From Raillietiella orientalis (Eukaryota): 64,000 nucleotides of DNA. Every line of letters begins with the position of its first letter. Positions within the stretch are counted from its first letter, which is position 1. The notes beneath the pieces were generated by a model. That model had not been told where the DNA came from. It searched no databases and saw only the letters and a program-made list of their open reading frames with translations. Of the stretch, positions 51,795-62,530 are shown in pieces. Position numbers and translations under genes: made by a program. Where the stretch lies: positions 1,178,001 through 1,242,000 of the forward strand of contig JAYWIR010000026.1 of NCBI GenBank assembly GCA_036172245.1, given 5' to 3'.

Positions 51795-53935
51795 GATGCC
51801 ACCCGGGTACACCGGGACGTTTATTATAAAGCCCTTTCTTGGTCATTACAGAACGTGGTACAAGGCCCCACTAACGGCCACGCAATACCGGACCTGCCGG
51901 GACGCAGCCCGGTGTGACTCTCCTCGGCAGTGGAAGGGCATGAGGGAGAAAACAAAAAAAAAATGAAATTGAGAAAAAAACAAAAAGAGTTTGGAGGGCC
52001 GGGAAGGGATCACGTTCCACTTCGGGGAGGACCCATCCTTTGCAGGATGCCCTCGAGGTCCTTCTTCATTCTTCCCAGTTGGGGCCATCTGCAGGAAGCG
52101 AACAGCATACTGGATGACGTCCGCCACGTTGCAAACTTCATCTTTGGCATCACTCCAGGCAGCCACGATACCACGAATGCAGCAAAGTGCTGCCAGGGCT
52201 GCGGCTGGACTGAGAGCGTCCCGCACGAAGAGAAGACCGTAAACATTTCTGGGGTTGCCACCATCCGGTATCCCGAGGGCCGTTCCAAGACGATCCCAAA
52301 GAATCCGGAGGGCAAAGCAGTCAACTAGGAGGTAGGGGAGGGACTTCCGCTCCCCACACCTAGCACACGCAGGATTTACACTTCCCCGCGTTCAGTGGAA
52401 GCGGCGCGCGCTGCAGGGTAGACCCCAATGCAGCCACAGGTACGCCGACTCTTGCCACTTGAGGGGAAGAATCCTGGATCCAATTAGAACCGGGGGCCAC
52501 TTCAGGTCATCCGACCGGATGCCGAGCAGCTCGCCCCATTTTTTAATCCGCTCGGCTGGACACTAGGGGTCGTAGCGTCTGTCAGCTCTCCCATGGTCCA
52601 GCCGCTCATCATTTTCTCTCTGCCTGCGATACGGCAGCAGACTTGCCACCTCGGCTTCGGGCTGTTGTGAAGCGCCCTCCGTAGGAAGGCATCACCGTAG
52701 CAAGGGGTGTCCCTTCCGCCCACGTGCAACTCGCTGGAAATTGAAGAATTTCACGCAGAGTGCGGCGGGCGTAGAAGCCGACTCGAAGGCACTTCCACAT
52801 CTCGTGGTTTCTTTCATTTATCTTCGCCCACGTGCCAGCAGTCTCCTCCAGCCATTCGGAGGAGTTGGCGGGGCTGCAGACCATCTAGCCGTTCTCCTTT
52901 GCCAAGGTGGACATGCGTTCAAGGAGCAGGCCGCATCTTCGTATCTTCCGGCCGGAACACAGAAGATAAGACGCTAGTACTTGCGTCCTGGAGACACGGC
53001 TGGCAAGAAGGCGGGCTGCAACGCACCAAGGGATGCTCCAAATCTTCGCTGCGATGGCCATGGTGCGCCATCGCAGTTGGATTTCCAAGCGCTCCAGCGT
53101 CAGGAGACCAAGACCGCCGATCGACGCGGAGCGCCAAAGTCCTTCAGAGATACTCGGGGCGTCCCTTTAAACCAAAGGGTTATGCGAAGGCGGTCCTTCG
53201 TACTCTTTTTCAAAAGTAGAGGGACGGGGCAAACAAAAACAAGGGAGCGGAGGATGGGAGTTGTAAACGCGTCCCATACCGCGGTCCGTTCCTGAAGGAA
53301 AAACCTGCCACGTTGGAACGGGTCGATCTCCGTCTCTACTTTCTGGAGGCAGCGGGATCACGCTTCCGCAGGAGGATAGTTCCCAAGCGGCACACCGAAT
53401 TACTTGAACGTCGGGATCCATAGGCGAACCCAGTCCTGCTGCCCTGCCCACGCCGCACCATCTGGCATCACGGACGACTTCGCCCTGTTCACCGTAAGTC
53501 CGCTTCCCTGATTCAGCAGGTCGAAGAACTCCTCGACCAGTCCATCGAGTCGGATCACCTGAGAATCAGCTGGCCGACGCGACCTTGATCGTCGAACCGC
53601 ACGCCCCGCGCCGCGGCCTCGACGGCTGGCCGAAGCAAGAAGGCAACACCACAACTCTTTCGTGTTCCACACCGATACCACAGCCGCCATCCGGAGATCC
53701 GCTCGATCCCCTGCGCTTGTTCTGCAGAGATCACATGGATCACCTGCAGCAGCTCAAGGTCGAAGGATACTAGAAGGGCGACGATGTCTCGTCTCCTGCC
53801 GGCGTCTGTCATGCCGTTGACGTTCCAAACGGCGATGCGCAGACGACGGCGGGAGGAGATTCCCTGCATTACTGCTGGGAGGATACCGGTGCGGAGGAGT
53901 CCGTCTCCTCCGAGGCGGGTGAGATGACCATGGGG
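51795..53935 (-). mobile_element. Internally deleted L1/Tx1-like element (ORF1 tail, APE N-terminus, post-RT region, CCHC, 3'UTR)
   Basis: LRIAVWNVNG...CGVAFLL...DDQGR (APE) joined to SGLTVNRAKS...FK*FGVPL; WFKGTPRVSL; WLHWGLP...CARCGERKSLPYLLVDC..LW; AATAAA at 51825-51820. Confidence 0.9.
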
Positions 53936-54059
53936 TTTCGAGAGTAGCCTGAAGATGACGCTTGCATGACGCACCGGCATTTTGGCAGCTGCAATCCCTT
54001 GGCTGCTACACTTTCTCTTCTCGGGGAAGGCAGAAGAGAGAAACAAAGTGAGGTGAATT

Positions 54060-55000
54060 CGAGGAGATGGGTGCCAAGGAGCTCAGCGGAAGGTCGTTTG
54101 AACCAGATAGAACTCTAGAAAATGCTTCTCGAACGCTTTCACACCTACAGTTGTTCTTGAGAGCCGCGTTTTCTTCCGCAGGTACGAAGAGAATGCGGAA
54201 GGTACACGATCGACGCTCCTCCGCGGATCTTCTTTTGGAAAGAGCAGCTCCAGAACGAAATTAGCTCAGTCCACGGCACTTCGATGCAATGGTGTCCCAA
54301 AGCTTGGCCGCAAGCAGCGCGCGCAATCCTCTGCACCTTGGTGCTTCTGCCTCTGCACCATCTGGGAAATCATCTGATTCCATGAGACCTTCAAGACCCG
54401 AACCCCCCAGGTCACGCAGAGCGACCAAGTTGAAGGTGCACTCGTAAAACGTCTGAGGCAAGTTTCCTCCGTCGCTTCGCCACGTGGACTGCGTTTCCAC
54501 AGGATCTCTTCCGGGATATAGGATCGAGCTGCGATCGGTGACGAAACTCGAGGGGCGCTTGGCCTCTCTCCTGCGCGATCCCAATCGCCTGAATCCAGCT
54601 AGAAAGAGCGCCCGCATCCGTATTCTATTGACCGGAATGCAGCAGCCCTAATCACAATCCCCATGGGCGTCCAATAGAAACGAACCTTCGAAAAAGAACG
54701 CTTAGCGGAGTGAAGACCTCTGCAGAGGAGAAATGGAAACTCTGACTGTGCCTGCTGCATTGGAATCCCCATCCGGAACCATCCCCCAGGACTCCATGAA
54801 CGGCCGAAGACGAGCAAACGGTGCACACGACGCAGCGTGTACACCATCAGGACGCATCGTCAACATCCTTCAAGGATTTCAGCGTTGGGAACTTGGAACT
54901 GAGACCGACACGACACTGTGGCAGCCATCCACGGTTCCTCGCTAAAGAGCTGCTAGGGACACGAGCGTCGCCAGGAACGCCGATGGGTACGAAGCGCAGT
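54060..55000 (+). mobile_element. Very decayed LINE ORF2 3' remnant
   Basis: IFFWK (~54230) and LLHWNPH (54752-54772), the latter homologous to LLHWDPH at 21007-21027. Confidence 0.35.
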
Positions 55001-55299
55001 TCCATAGCAGGGAGTGGTGCAACGGATGAGGTGGAGGAAGAAGGTGAGAGACGCAACTGTTGGCCCCAGCAGACACCTTCCGCTACGAAATCAAAAACGG
55101 GAAGAGGCCTTCGGTCCCATCGAAGAGAGAAGCAGAGTAGCCTCTCCAGCAACGGACGGTGCAACGAAGAGCACGAATTTGGCAAAGCGCCCAATCGCCC
55201 TGATCGAAAGGGTCGACGCGGAAGCGAGAAGCGCAAACCTGTCAACCACCCGCCGACGCGCAGCCGAGGAGGGAACTCCTTCCAGGCTCGGCTCCTCCG

Positions 55300-56450
55300 A
55301 GAGGAGAGCGGTCCGCCCTCGTTCACCTTCTAGAGGTTGCCAGCAAACCGGGAGGTTTCCAGGCTCAGCTAGGAAAGCGGCCGTCCAGGATCGGCCCTTT
55401 GCTTCGCCTCCAACAGCAGCCCTGGGTTACCCAGGGGCGCATGTCGCAGCGCCCCTGGCAGCAGCGCACCAGGGTTGCCGAGGTGCTCAGAGAGTTCAAG
55501 ATCCCGTGGCAGCATCTCCGACCAGTAGCCTGGAGCACTTCCCTGCACGTCAGCATCCGGTTAACCGACAGCCCTGGCAGGAGGCCAGGAATCCTTTGGG
55601 AGAGGCGGCTTCTTCGCGAGGATGTGCATTGGCAGATGAGATCCGACCACCGCTCGCAATTGTGTGGCCACTGTGGGGGCTCGAGTATCGCCTCACGTCC
55701 AGCCTGGAAGGAGCCGCTCAAGTCGGAAGCTGCAGCTGGAAGAAACAAGGAAACACAGGAAATCCCTTCCGAACGCAAGCCCTGCCGCATGCACAAGACC
55801 GCGCACTTTCTTGTCCGCGGCCGCGTGGATCTGAACGGAACCATGCAGAGGGGTCATGACTTTCCGTCTGCGGGAGGCGCTGCGTTGAACCAGACGGGAG
55901 CACTCCAGGTGCAACCCTCTCCTGTAGAATCCTGGATCTCTGGAATGTAAAGGCGCTGCATGGAGAACTCGGCAGCCGTCTCAGGAGCATCCTGGAAGCT
56001 GGGTTCGACGACCGCTCCCAAGCGCGAAGGTCCGTACGAACTGCGTGGCATCTCTAACGCACGACATGCGCTCTGAATGACCCTTGCTGGGTGATGGAGT
56101 CTTCACAGAGGTGGGAGAAGGTTCGCGCGCACCGAACATGCGGCCTATTGGCTGGCGTTTTCGAATGTCCGTCTTCGCTAACCGTACCTCAGCCTGCTTC
56201 TCGGGAATGCTTGTCCATTCTGACATGCTTCGGGAGGCAGAGGGACCCTGAAGAAACCAAGACAAGAACGCCACCGGGGCCGAAGACGAAATGCTACTCG
56301 AGGTACCCGCATGACAGAGCACGGCGCGTGCAACGTACAAGAGACGTTCCCTCCCTCGGGGAATCGGCAGCAACGGTGGAAATCCCTTCGTGCCCTTGGG
56401 CGACGTGATTTCGGTCGTTGGACACCAGTTCCGTTCCGCTGAAGAACCGG
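55300..56450 (+). mobile_element. Decayed LINE 5' remnant (ORF1-like, then APE start)
   Basis: VAEVLREF...QLCGHCG (gag-like) followed by RILDLWNVKAL at ~55925-55960 (APE motif I). Confidence 0.45.
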
Positions 56451-56680
56451 TGCCCCCACCCTTCTGAAAACTTGCAAGCTGAAATTCATTTTTTTTCCTT
56501 TTTTTTTCTTTTTCTTTTATTGCAGGATGCACAGCTGACGCTGCACGGAGCGACTCGGATGCAGTTCCGTTATCGAGAGTCCAGCATACCATTTCCGTTT
56601 CGATGGAGGGAGCACGAGCGTGCGGGGGAGAACAGTGAACCGGAAACACCAGTTTAGGGATCAGGTTTTTCTCGACCTTC

Positions 56681-57673
56681 CTAGCAGTGGAAACAGCTGG
56701 GTATCCTGTCGACGATCAGAAATTTCCATTTCTCTTTCGTTTTCGAATCCTCGGGTAGTAGGACGATTTTCTTCTGGAGCGTCGTCACGATAACGGAGCT
56801 TACGACCAATACGGAGCCGACGATGCTGAGTGTATCCGGATGCTCGTCGAACCAGATGATCCCCCAAACGAACGCGAACACGATATCCACTGTCCGAGCC
56901 ACAGATATCAGAGATGCCTCTTCTATGCTAAGCGCCTTCGTGAACAAGACCTGTCCAAGAAAACTCAACAGGCTCAGCAACCCCGCGAGGAAAATATCCC
57001 ACCCGCAGGTGGGGAAGCGGAACGTCCCAGTTGCCAGCGAGACGACCACCATGCAAGCCATCGACAAGATGCTGTAATCAAACAAGACGATGCAGTAATG
57101 CATGTGCCTCAGGGTTCTTATCAGAATATACGTTAAGGATGCCAGCAAAAGCGCCCCGATGGCTGTCAGAGAGCCAAGGGTGCTGACTTTCTGGGAAGGA
57201 TCCAGGTTGCGGAAAATGAAAGTCGGTTTGGTGATCAGCAAGACTCCCAGCGATGTCAAGAAGATGCACGTGATCGTCAGAATGTTGCACGGTTCCTTCA
57301 AGAAGATTCGCGAGAAAATGGTCACAAATACCGGCAAACTGAACAAGATCACGGAAGCATCGCCCAGAGGCATGTTCTGAAATGCGTAGAATTGCATCAT
57401 CAGAGCGATCGAGCCCATGATTCCTCTGACGACGATTTTCACTCTGAGCGGTTTGGGGAAGATATCGTGCCTCAGCCAGAACATAACAGGCAGGCTGGGA
57501 CAAAACATACCAACGAAACGAAACAGTGCCAGCTGCGATGGCGACAAGTAGTGAAGTCGCTTGACCACGACCGAGCACAGAGAGAAAAACAGACTGGAAA
57601 GTGCAGCTAGGAGGACACCCAGATGAGGAAAGTTCCATCGGCTGCCTTCACTTGCTTGATCCGTTCTCGACAT
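56681..57673 (-). CDS. SLC35G1-like: SLC35G1-like solute carrier, paralogue 3, 330 aa (most canonical copy)
   Basis: Intact ORF; PHLGVLLAALSSLFFSLCSVVVK, LALFRFVG, MPLGDASVILFSLPVFVTIFSRIFLKEPC, ARTVDIVFAFVW. Candidate 5'UTR acceptor tttgttttag at 57786. Confidence 0.95.
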   Translation of the reverse strand: MSRTDQASEGSRWNFPHLGVLLAALSSLFFSLCSVVVKRLHYLSPSQLALFRFVGMFCPSLPVMFWLRHDIFPKPLRVKIVVRGIMGSIALMMQFYAFQNMPLGDASVILFSLPVFVTIFSRIFLKEPCNILTITCIFLTSLGVLLITKPTFIFRNLDPSQKVSTLGSLTAIGALLLASLTYILIRTLRHMHYCIVLFDYSILSMACMVVVSLATGTFRFPTCGWDIFLAGLLSLLSFLGQVLFTKALSIEEASLISVARTVDIVFAFVWGIIWFDEHPDTLSIVGSVLVVSSVIVTTLQKKIVLLPEDSKTKEKWKFLIVDRIPSCFHC

Positions 57674-58099
57674 CCTTCACATCAAAGACGCTTGCTCTTC
57701 AGTCGTCCTGGCAATCGAGTCCAAATGCTTTCGAGAAAGATTATAAAGCAACCGCACTCTTCCTTCCTTCCAAAATTGACAACATCTAAAACAAACATCG
57801 CATATGAAAACACAGCACACACAATGTGGCTTTATTTTCTTTAGCGTAAGCAGGATGGATGACAGGGCGAGCACGCCATCCCTAAATTCTTTGCTCCCAC
57901 CTTTGCCCAATCGCCCGATAGCGCGGCATTTGCTTCAGCGGACTCTCAAACGCACAACCATTTAAGCGAACTTGCATTGATGGCGTCGCTTCGGCTCGCC
58001 CAGAGATGAAACTATGCATCTCATTATGGTACAGAATGCGGCGTGCCAACGGGGATCGGGAGACGAGAAACCAGGCACGCGGGCAGCTCCGTGGCTGAC

Positions 58100-59350
58100 T
58101 CCGCTGCTAAGGAGATGTATAAATAAACGCAGCCTCCGGTCTTACTGGTTCCGTTTTCGCTCGTTCTTGTTTCGGCTCGCCCGCGCCATCGAGCGTGCTT
58201 GCAGCAGCAAAGCGTTTCCGGGAATTCGGGAACGCAGCTGTAGAAAGTTTCGCGCCGAAACCCCTAGGCAGCGCAATCCCTGGTCAAGCGCAAGAACCTT
58301 CGCGCTGGAATGCATCGCTTGTCGCTCTAGGCGGCCACCTGTGGAACGGAAGTGCGGCGACGGCAGCAACGGTTGCAGCCGAACGCCGTTCCCGTGAATG
58401 CAGCCACCCCTTTCGGCACCGCCTGCCTGGGAAGCCCCCTGCGTTTGGGCTCCACTTTCGGCCCGGGCGCGCAACGGCAACAGCGGCCCACTTGCGCAAC
58501 GTCGCACCGACTCGTTCTTCGAGGCAAAAAGGCGCTTACGAAAGGAAGTCGTTCGATCTCAGCGATATCAGCGACGACCATGTGTTTTTCTTTCGCCGAT
58601 TTGGCATCAAGAGCTCCCCAGGCTATCGCGTAGCCCGCGGGACGGTCATTCATGTTATGGTGAGGCGTGTCGAGACCCATCGGGCTATGGGGGCGTTCGT
58701 GAGTGAAGGCAAAATTTTGGTTGAGGAAGACGAGGGGAGGTGGGCGGGATGCGTGAAACCATGAAAGGGACAATACAAGCAGGAGCAACGAGGCAACTGG
58801 TCAGAAATTCCTTCCTTCGAGGAAACACGGGTTCGTCCGCAGGTACGTTTGACCGAAAACGCGCAAGGATGCAGCATTCACGAAGGAACTCTACCACCGA
58901 ACTCCCCAGGGCGGAAGACAGACAGAAACCCCTACATCCCCGCCTCCGTGACTTGCGCGAACTGTACAAACGAAACAAGAGTCGAGCAAGAAGGCATCCC
59001 TAAATAAGGGTTGAGCGTTCCCCACGTGACTGGAACCGCGGCGTATGCGATGGAGAAAAGTGTCTGCGGTCTCGCTGCTTTTACCCGACGTGTCTGTCCC
59101 CTCGCTTTCCTTCGCTCCACTCGAAGACCTTCTTGGGCCGCCGGGGTTCGAGTTTGCGTTCGTTTGGCAACGACTTGGAAATTTCCCCACAAAAAGGGCC
59201 GTCTCACGCATCTCGAAAAAGTCTTGGTGGGCTTGCTCTGGATGCGTCGGACTGGCGCGGGCGATCCCCAAAATTCATGGAAAATTCACTCACTCTTCCT
59301 GCACCAGTAGAAAGGGTTGTGCGAGTGCCGATTGGCGACCGATCGTAGTC
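58100..59350 (+). mobile_element. Very decayed LINE RT remnant
   Basis: PGKPPAFGLHF, then DISDDHVFF (YADD position, 58565-58590), then SSPGYRVARG, in RT order. Confidence 0.35.
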
Positions 59351-62029
59351 CGTCATCGCTAAATAGTCAAAATTGTACCCGAGCTCAGCAATAGGCACGC
59401 AGACGGAATCCCGATGAGGCACGTTGGAGGTCTGCTTTACTGGGGAAAGGTGTGCATCCTGCAGAGGAAGCCTTTATGAACTTCAAGATCCCCATCATTC
59501 TATCCAGCTATCGGCGCCTTATCTGTGGCTTCGCGAGATGTGAAAGCATCTTTTCATGAGAGGCCGCACACGCACAAGGGTTACTATCGTAGTACCGAAT
59601 CCTATTGACAAGGAGCTAAGTAAACTGATCCACGTGGAGTTCCGCCACTCGATATGTCATCGAATTACAGTTTATAGTTCACTGCCTTTGCTCGTGAGAC
59701 TTTCTTTTTTTATCGGGAATGACACTGCCCGCCATCATGTAACCAGACACTCTTCTAGTGATCAAGCGCCGTGGATGCTCAAGATGTGAAGATAGAGGGA
59801 GAAACGAATGCACGTGGGGCGTCCGCGTCTATCAACGGAAAGTGGAAATTTCGACTTTTGACATCTTTTGCGGGAATTCCCTTTTTTTTTTAAAAAAAGA
59901 AAAAAAAAGATCATGTCACCTTCCCTGCTTCATCTGCATCTGATGGTTCACCTCTGATTGTAATTTAGCGATTGGTTCGTGCAAGCGTAAGCGAATGGGA
60001 GGAACTCGCGTGACTGAAATGCCTGCCTAAGAAACTCTCCTAACAAATTCAGGCCGAAACCAAACCAAAATGCTCTTGACAGGAAGGCAAGCTGGCAAGG
60101 AAGCACTCGAAAAAAGCTCTCGTTTGAGCTCTTACTAGGAATATAGTGAACACTTGGGAGAGAGTGGCTGAATAAGGCGTTTATGAAGTTTGTCACCAAG
60201 GACACATAATTTGAATTTTCCGGATAGGAAAACAGCTCAGTGCATTCTCCTTTCCACAAGTAATTCCGATCTTTGCCTACCATGTTATTCCCCTCCCCCA
60301 CCCCAAAAAAAATAAAAATAAAAAATAAAAAAAAAACAGAAACCCACCTAAGAGGATTCACGAAGAGACCATGTTGTTCCCATCAACAGATAAAGGGTTC
60401 GGTCCAGCTCGCCACTTCGATCCGTGCTGTGCAGTCGCATAGGGAGATGATCGCTTTCAGACACGGCTTCCCCTTTCCCTTCGATGCATCGTAAATAAAA
60501 ACGACTGCAAAAGGTGTTGACATCGCTTCGTACAATCGCGTGGAACCACGGAGTTAGGAGGGAACACGGATCGAAAAATAGGAATGAACTGCATGGGTCA
60601 AAATAGCCTCCGAGTATTAAAACCCGCGCGCGCGCGCACGCACACCCAGAAATACATTTGCTTCGGGGTTTTGCCGTACAACCTACCCCCCTGGTATATG
60701 TTTTTGGGCGGAATTTCGGGCATACACTTCCGTACTATGCATGACATACGTTCCGATCGATCCTACCGTTGACCCGCAAACCCTGCGGATGTGGTCCGTC
60801 GAATACCTCGAGCGCACGGCGCGACGCTGAAGAATAGCAACGAAATGGCCATCTGCAATGTGTTGAGGAGATGATCCAAATGTTTTTTTTTTTTTTTTTT
60901 TTTCCGACCCTCTTCTTCACTGAGCTGAGTTCCCAATGCATTGCCCTTCACCGAAATTTCAAGGAACATTTGCCGCACACTTCGCAAGCTCACAGAGTTA
61001 AGAACTCGCAGGCATTCAAATTTAGCAGCACGGAAGCTGCATGCTTACCTTAAATGTGCGGAACGTTCATCCCTTCGAGGACACGTGGTCACGAGGAGGA
61101 GTACTTTTTTTCCTCAAACAGAAGCTGGTCTTACAAAATCCCTGTTATCACGACCAGCACATGAAATGTGCCAGCTATCACTAGATTGATGACAGGCAAA
61201 GATACCGGGGAATAATCTCGACCTCTTGTTCTCTTATCTTGGATGGAGAGTTGGAAATTAAAAGCTGGGTTCCCTCTCTCCTTTACAGAAATACACCGCG
61301 GTATATCTTCTTGTACACAGCATTCCTATTTTTCAAAACTGACTAAGTGGTCCCTCCATGTGATCCATGCATCAACATAGCAGGAGCCACTGCAGGAACT
61401 CGCACTAAAATGATTCACAAAATTTTAATCCAAACTACCTTTCGGAACATTTTTAATTTCATTTTCTAATTTTGGCATGCGACCCGAATGGGGTTATCAT
61501 CATGGGTATTTCACAGGACGGGAATCGTGGCCTGTAAAACCGCTAATTTGCAATAGTTCATTTTCATCTGTACAGAATCAAACCTTTTATCTGTTGATAA
61601 ACATTTGCTACTGTCTCGATTTCAAATAACGAAAGGGTCGGTTTACTCGTGGCTTCAGCTCCTTTTTCTCAGTGATTAAAACTTGATGATGTTGGTCAAG
61701 CATGTTCTACTGCATTTCAGAACCAATGCAAGATGCAACATCAGATGAATATTTGTGGAAGATAAAATCAGAAAGAGCTGCAAAGCATTCCACCCAATTT
61801 CCACCTTGTGCATTTGTATACCTGCACATCCATACTTTAAAGTTATGAATTTATTTGCACTTGGTGGGAAAAAATATTCAATTTGCTACGAGCAAAATTC
61901 TTGATAAGATGTGCATTAATTATTATTGCATTCACATTCCAAATGCTGATGCATATTTTTGCCTTTTACTTCTAGCTTAGCATAAATGGAATACAGGAAT
62001 GTGTTTGCCTACTGGTGCTTTTATAAGCT

Positions 62030-62530
62030 TTTTCATCAGTAACCTCCCAATTATTAATACTCAGCTTAAATAAAACTTGGTTTCTGACTCAATTTCCAGG
62101 ATCAAACAAAATTTCAAAATCACATCCCAGATGCTGCAATCATTTGCTATCATAAGAGACCAGATGACACCCCAGTTGACTTTCAGATTACAGTCAAAAG
62201 TTCTTTTTGCTCAAAAGCCCATGGAGGCTTTCAGCCTTCAATGCTTCGAAAATTCTTTAATCCTACTTTCCTTGTTACATCTTTCACTGCTGAAGAGTTC
62301 TCTGCAAAGTCATCCTGCACAGAAATCCATACTGAGAATCCTAACTATCCTCTACACTATCCCATACTCAGAATTACAATATACTTTGCTCGGATCAATA
62401 TACTTTATCATCTTCTTGGAGAATTTGTTGATTCAAATTGTGAAAATCACATAAAAGAAAACATTGCTATGTAATTTGTTAGGCATTTTATTTTCTGTTT
62501 TGTTTTATGCTAATTTTTATTTTTTTTTTG
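62030..62530 (+). mobile_element. Possible decayed 3' end of an AT-rich jockey/I-type LINE
   Basis: SLQSHPAQKSILRILTILYTIPYSELQ resembles the post-RT motif LQxxQNxxLRxI...xxxLH; no other domain was recognised. Confidence 0.25.
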
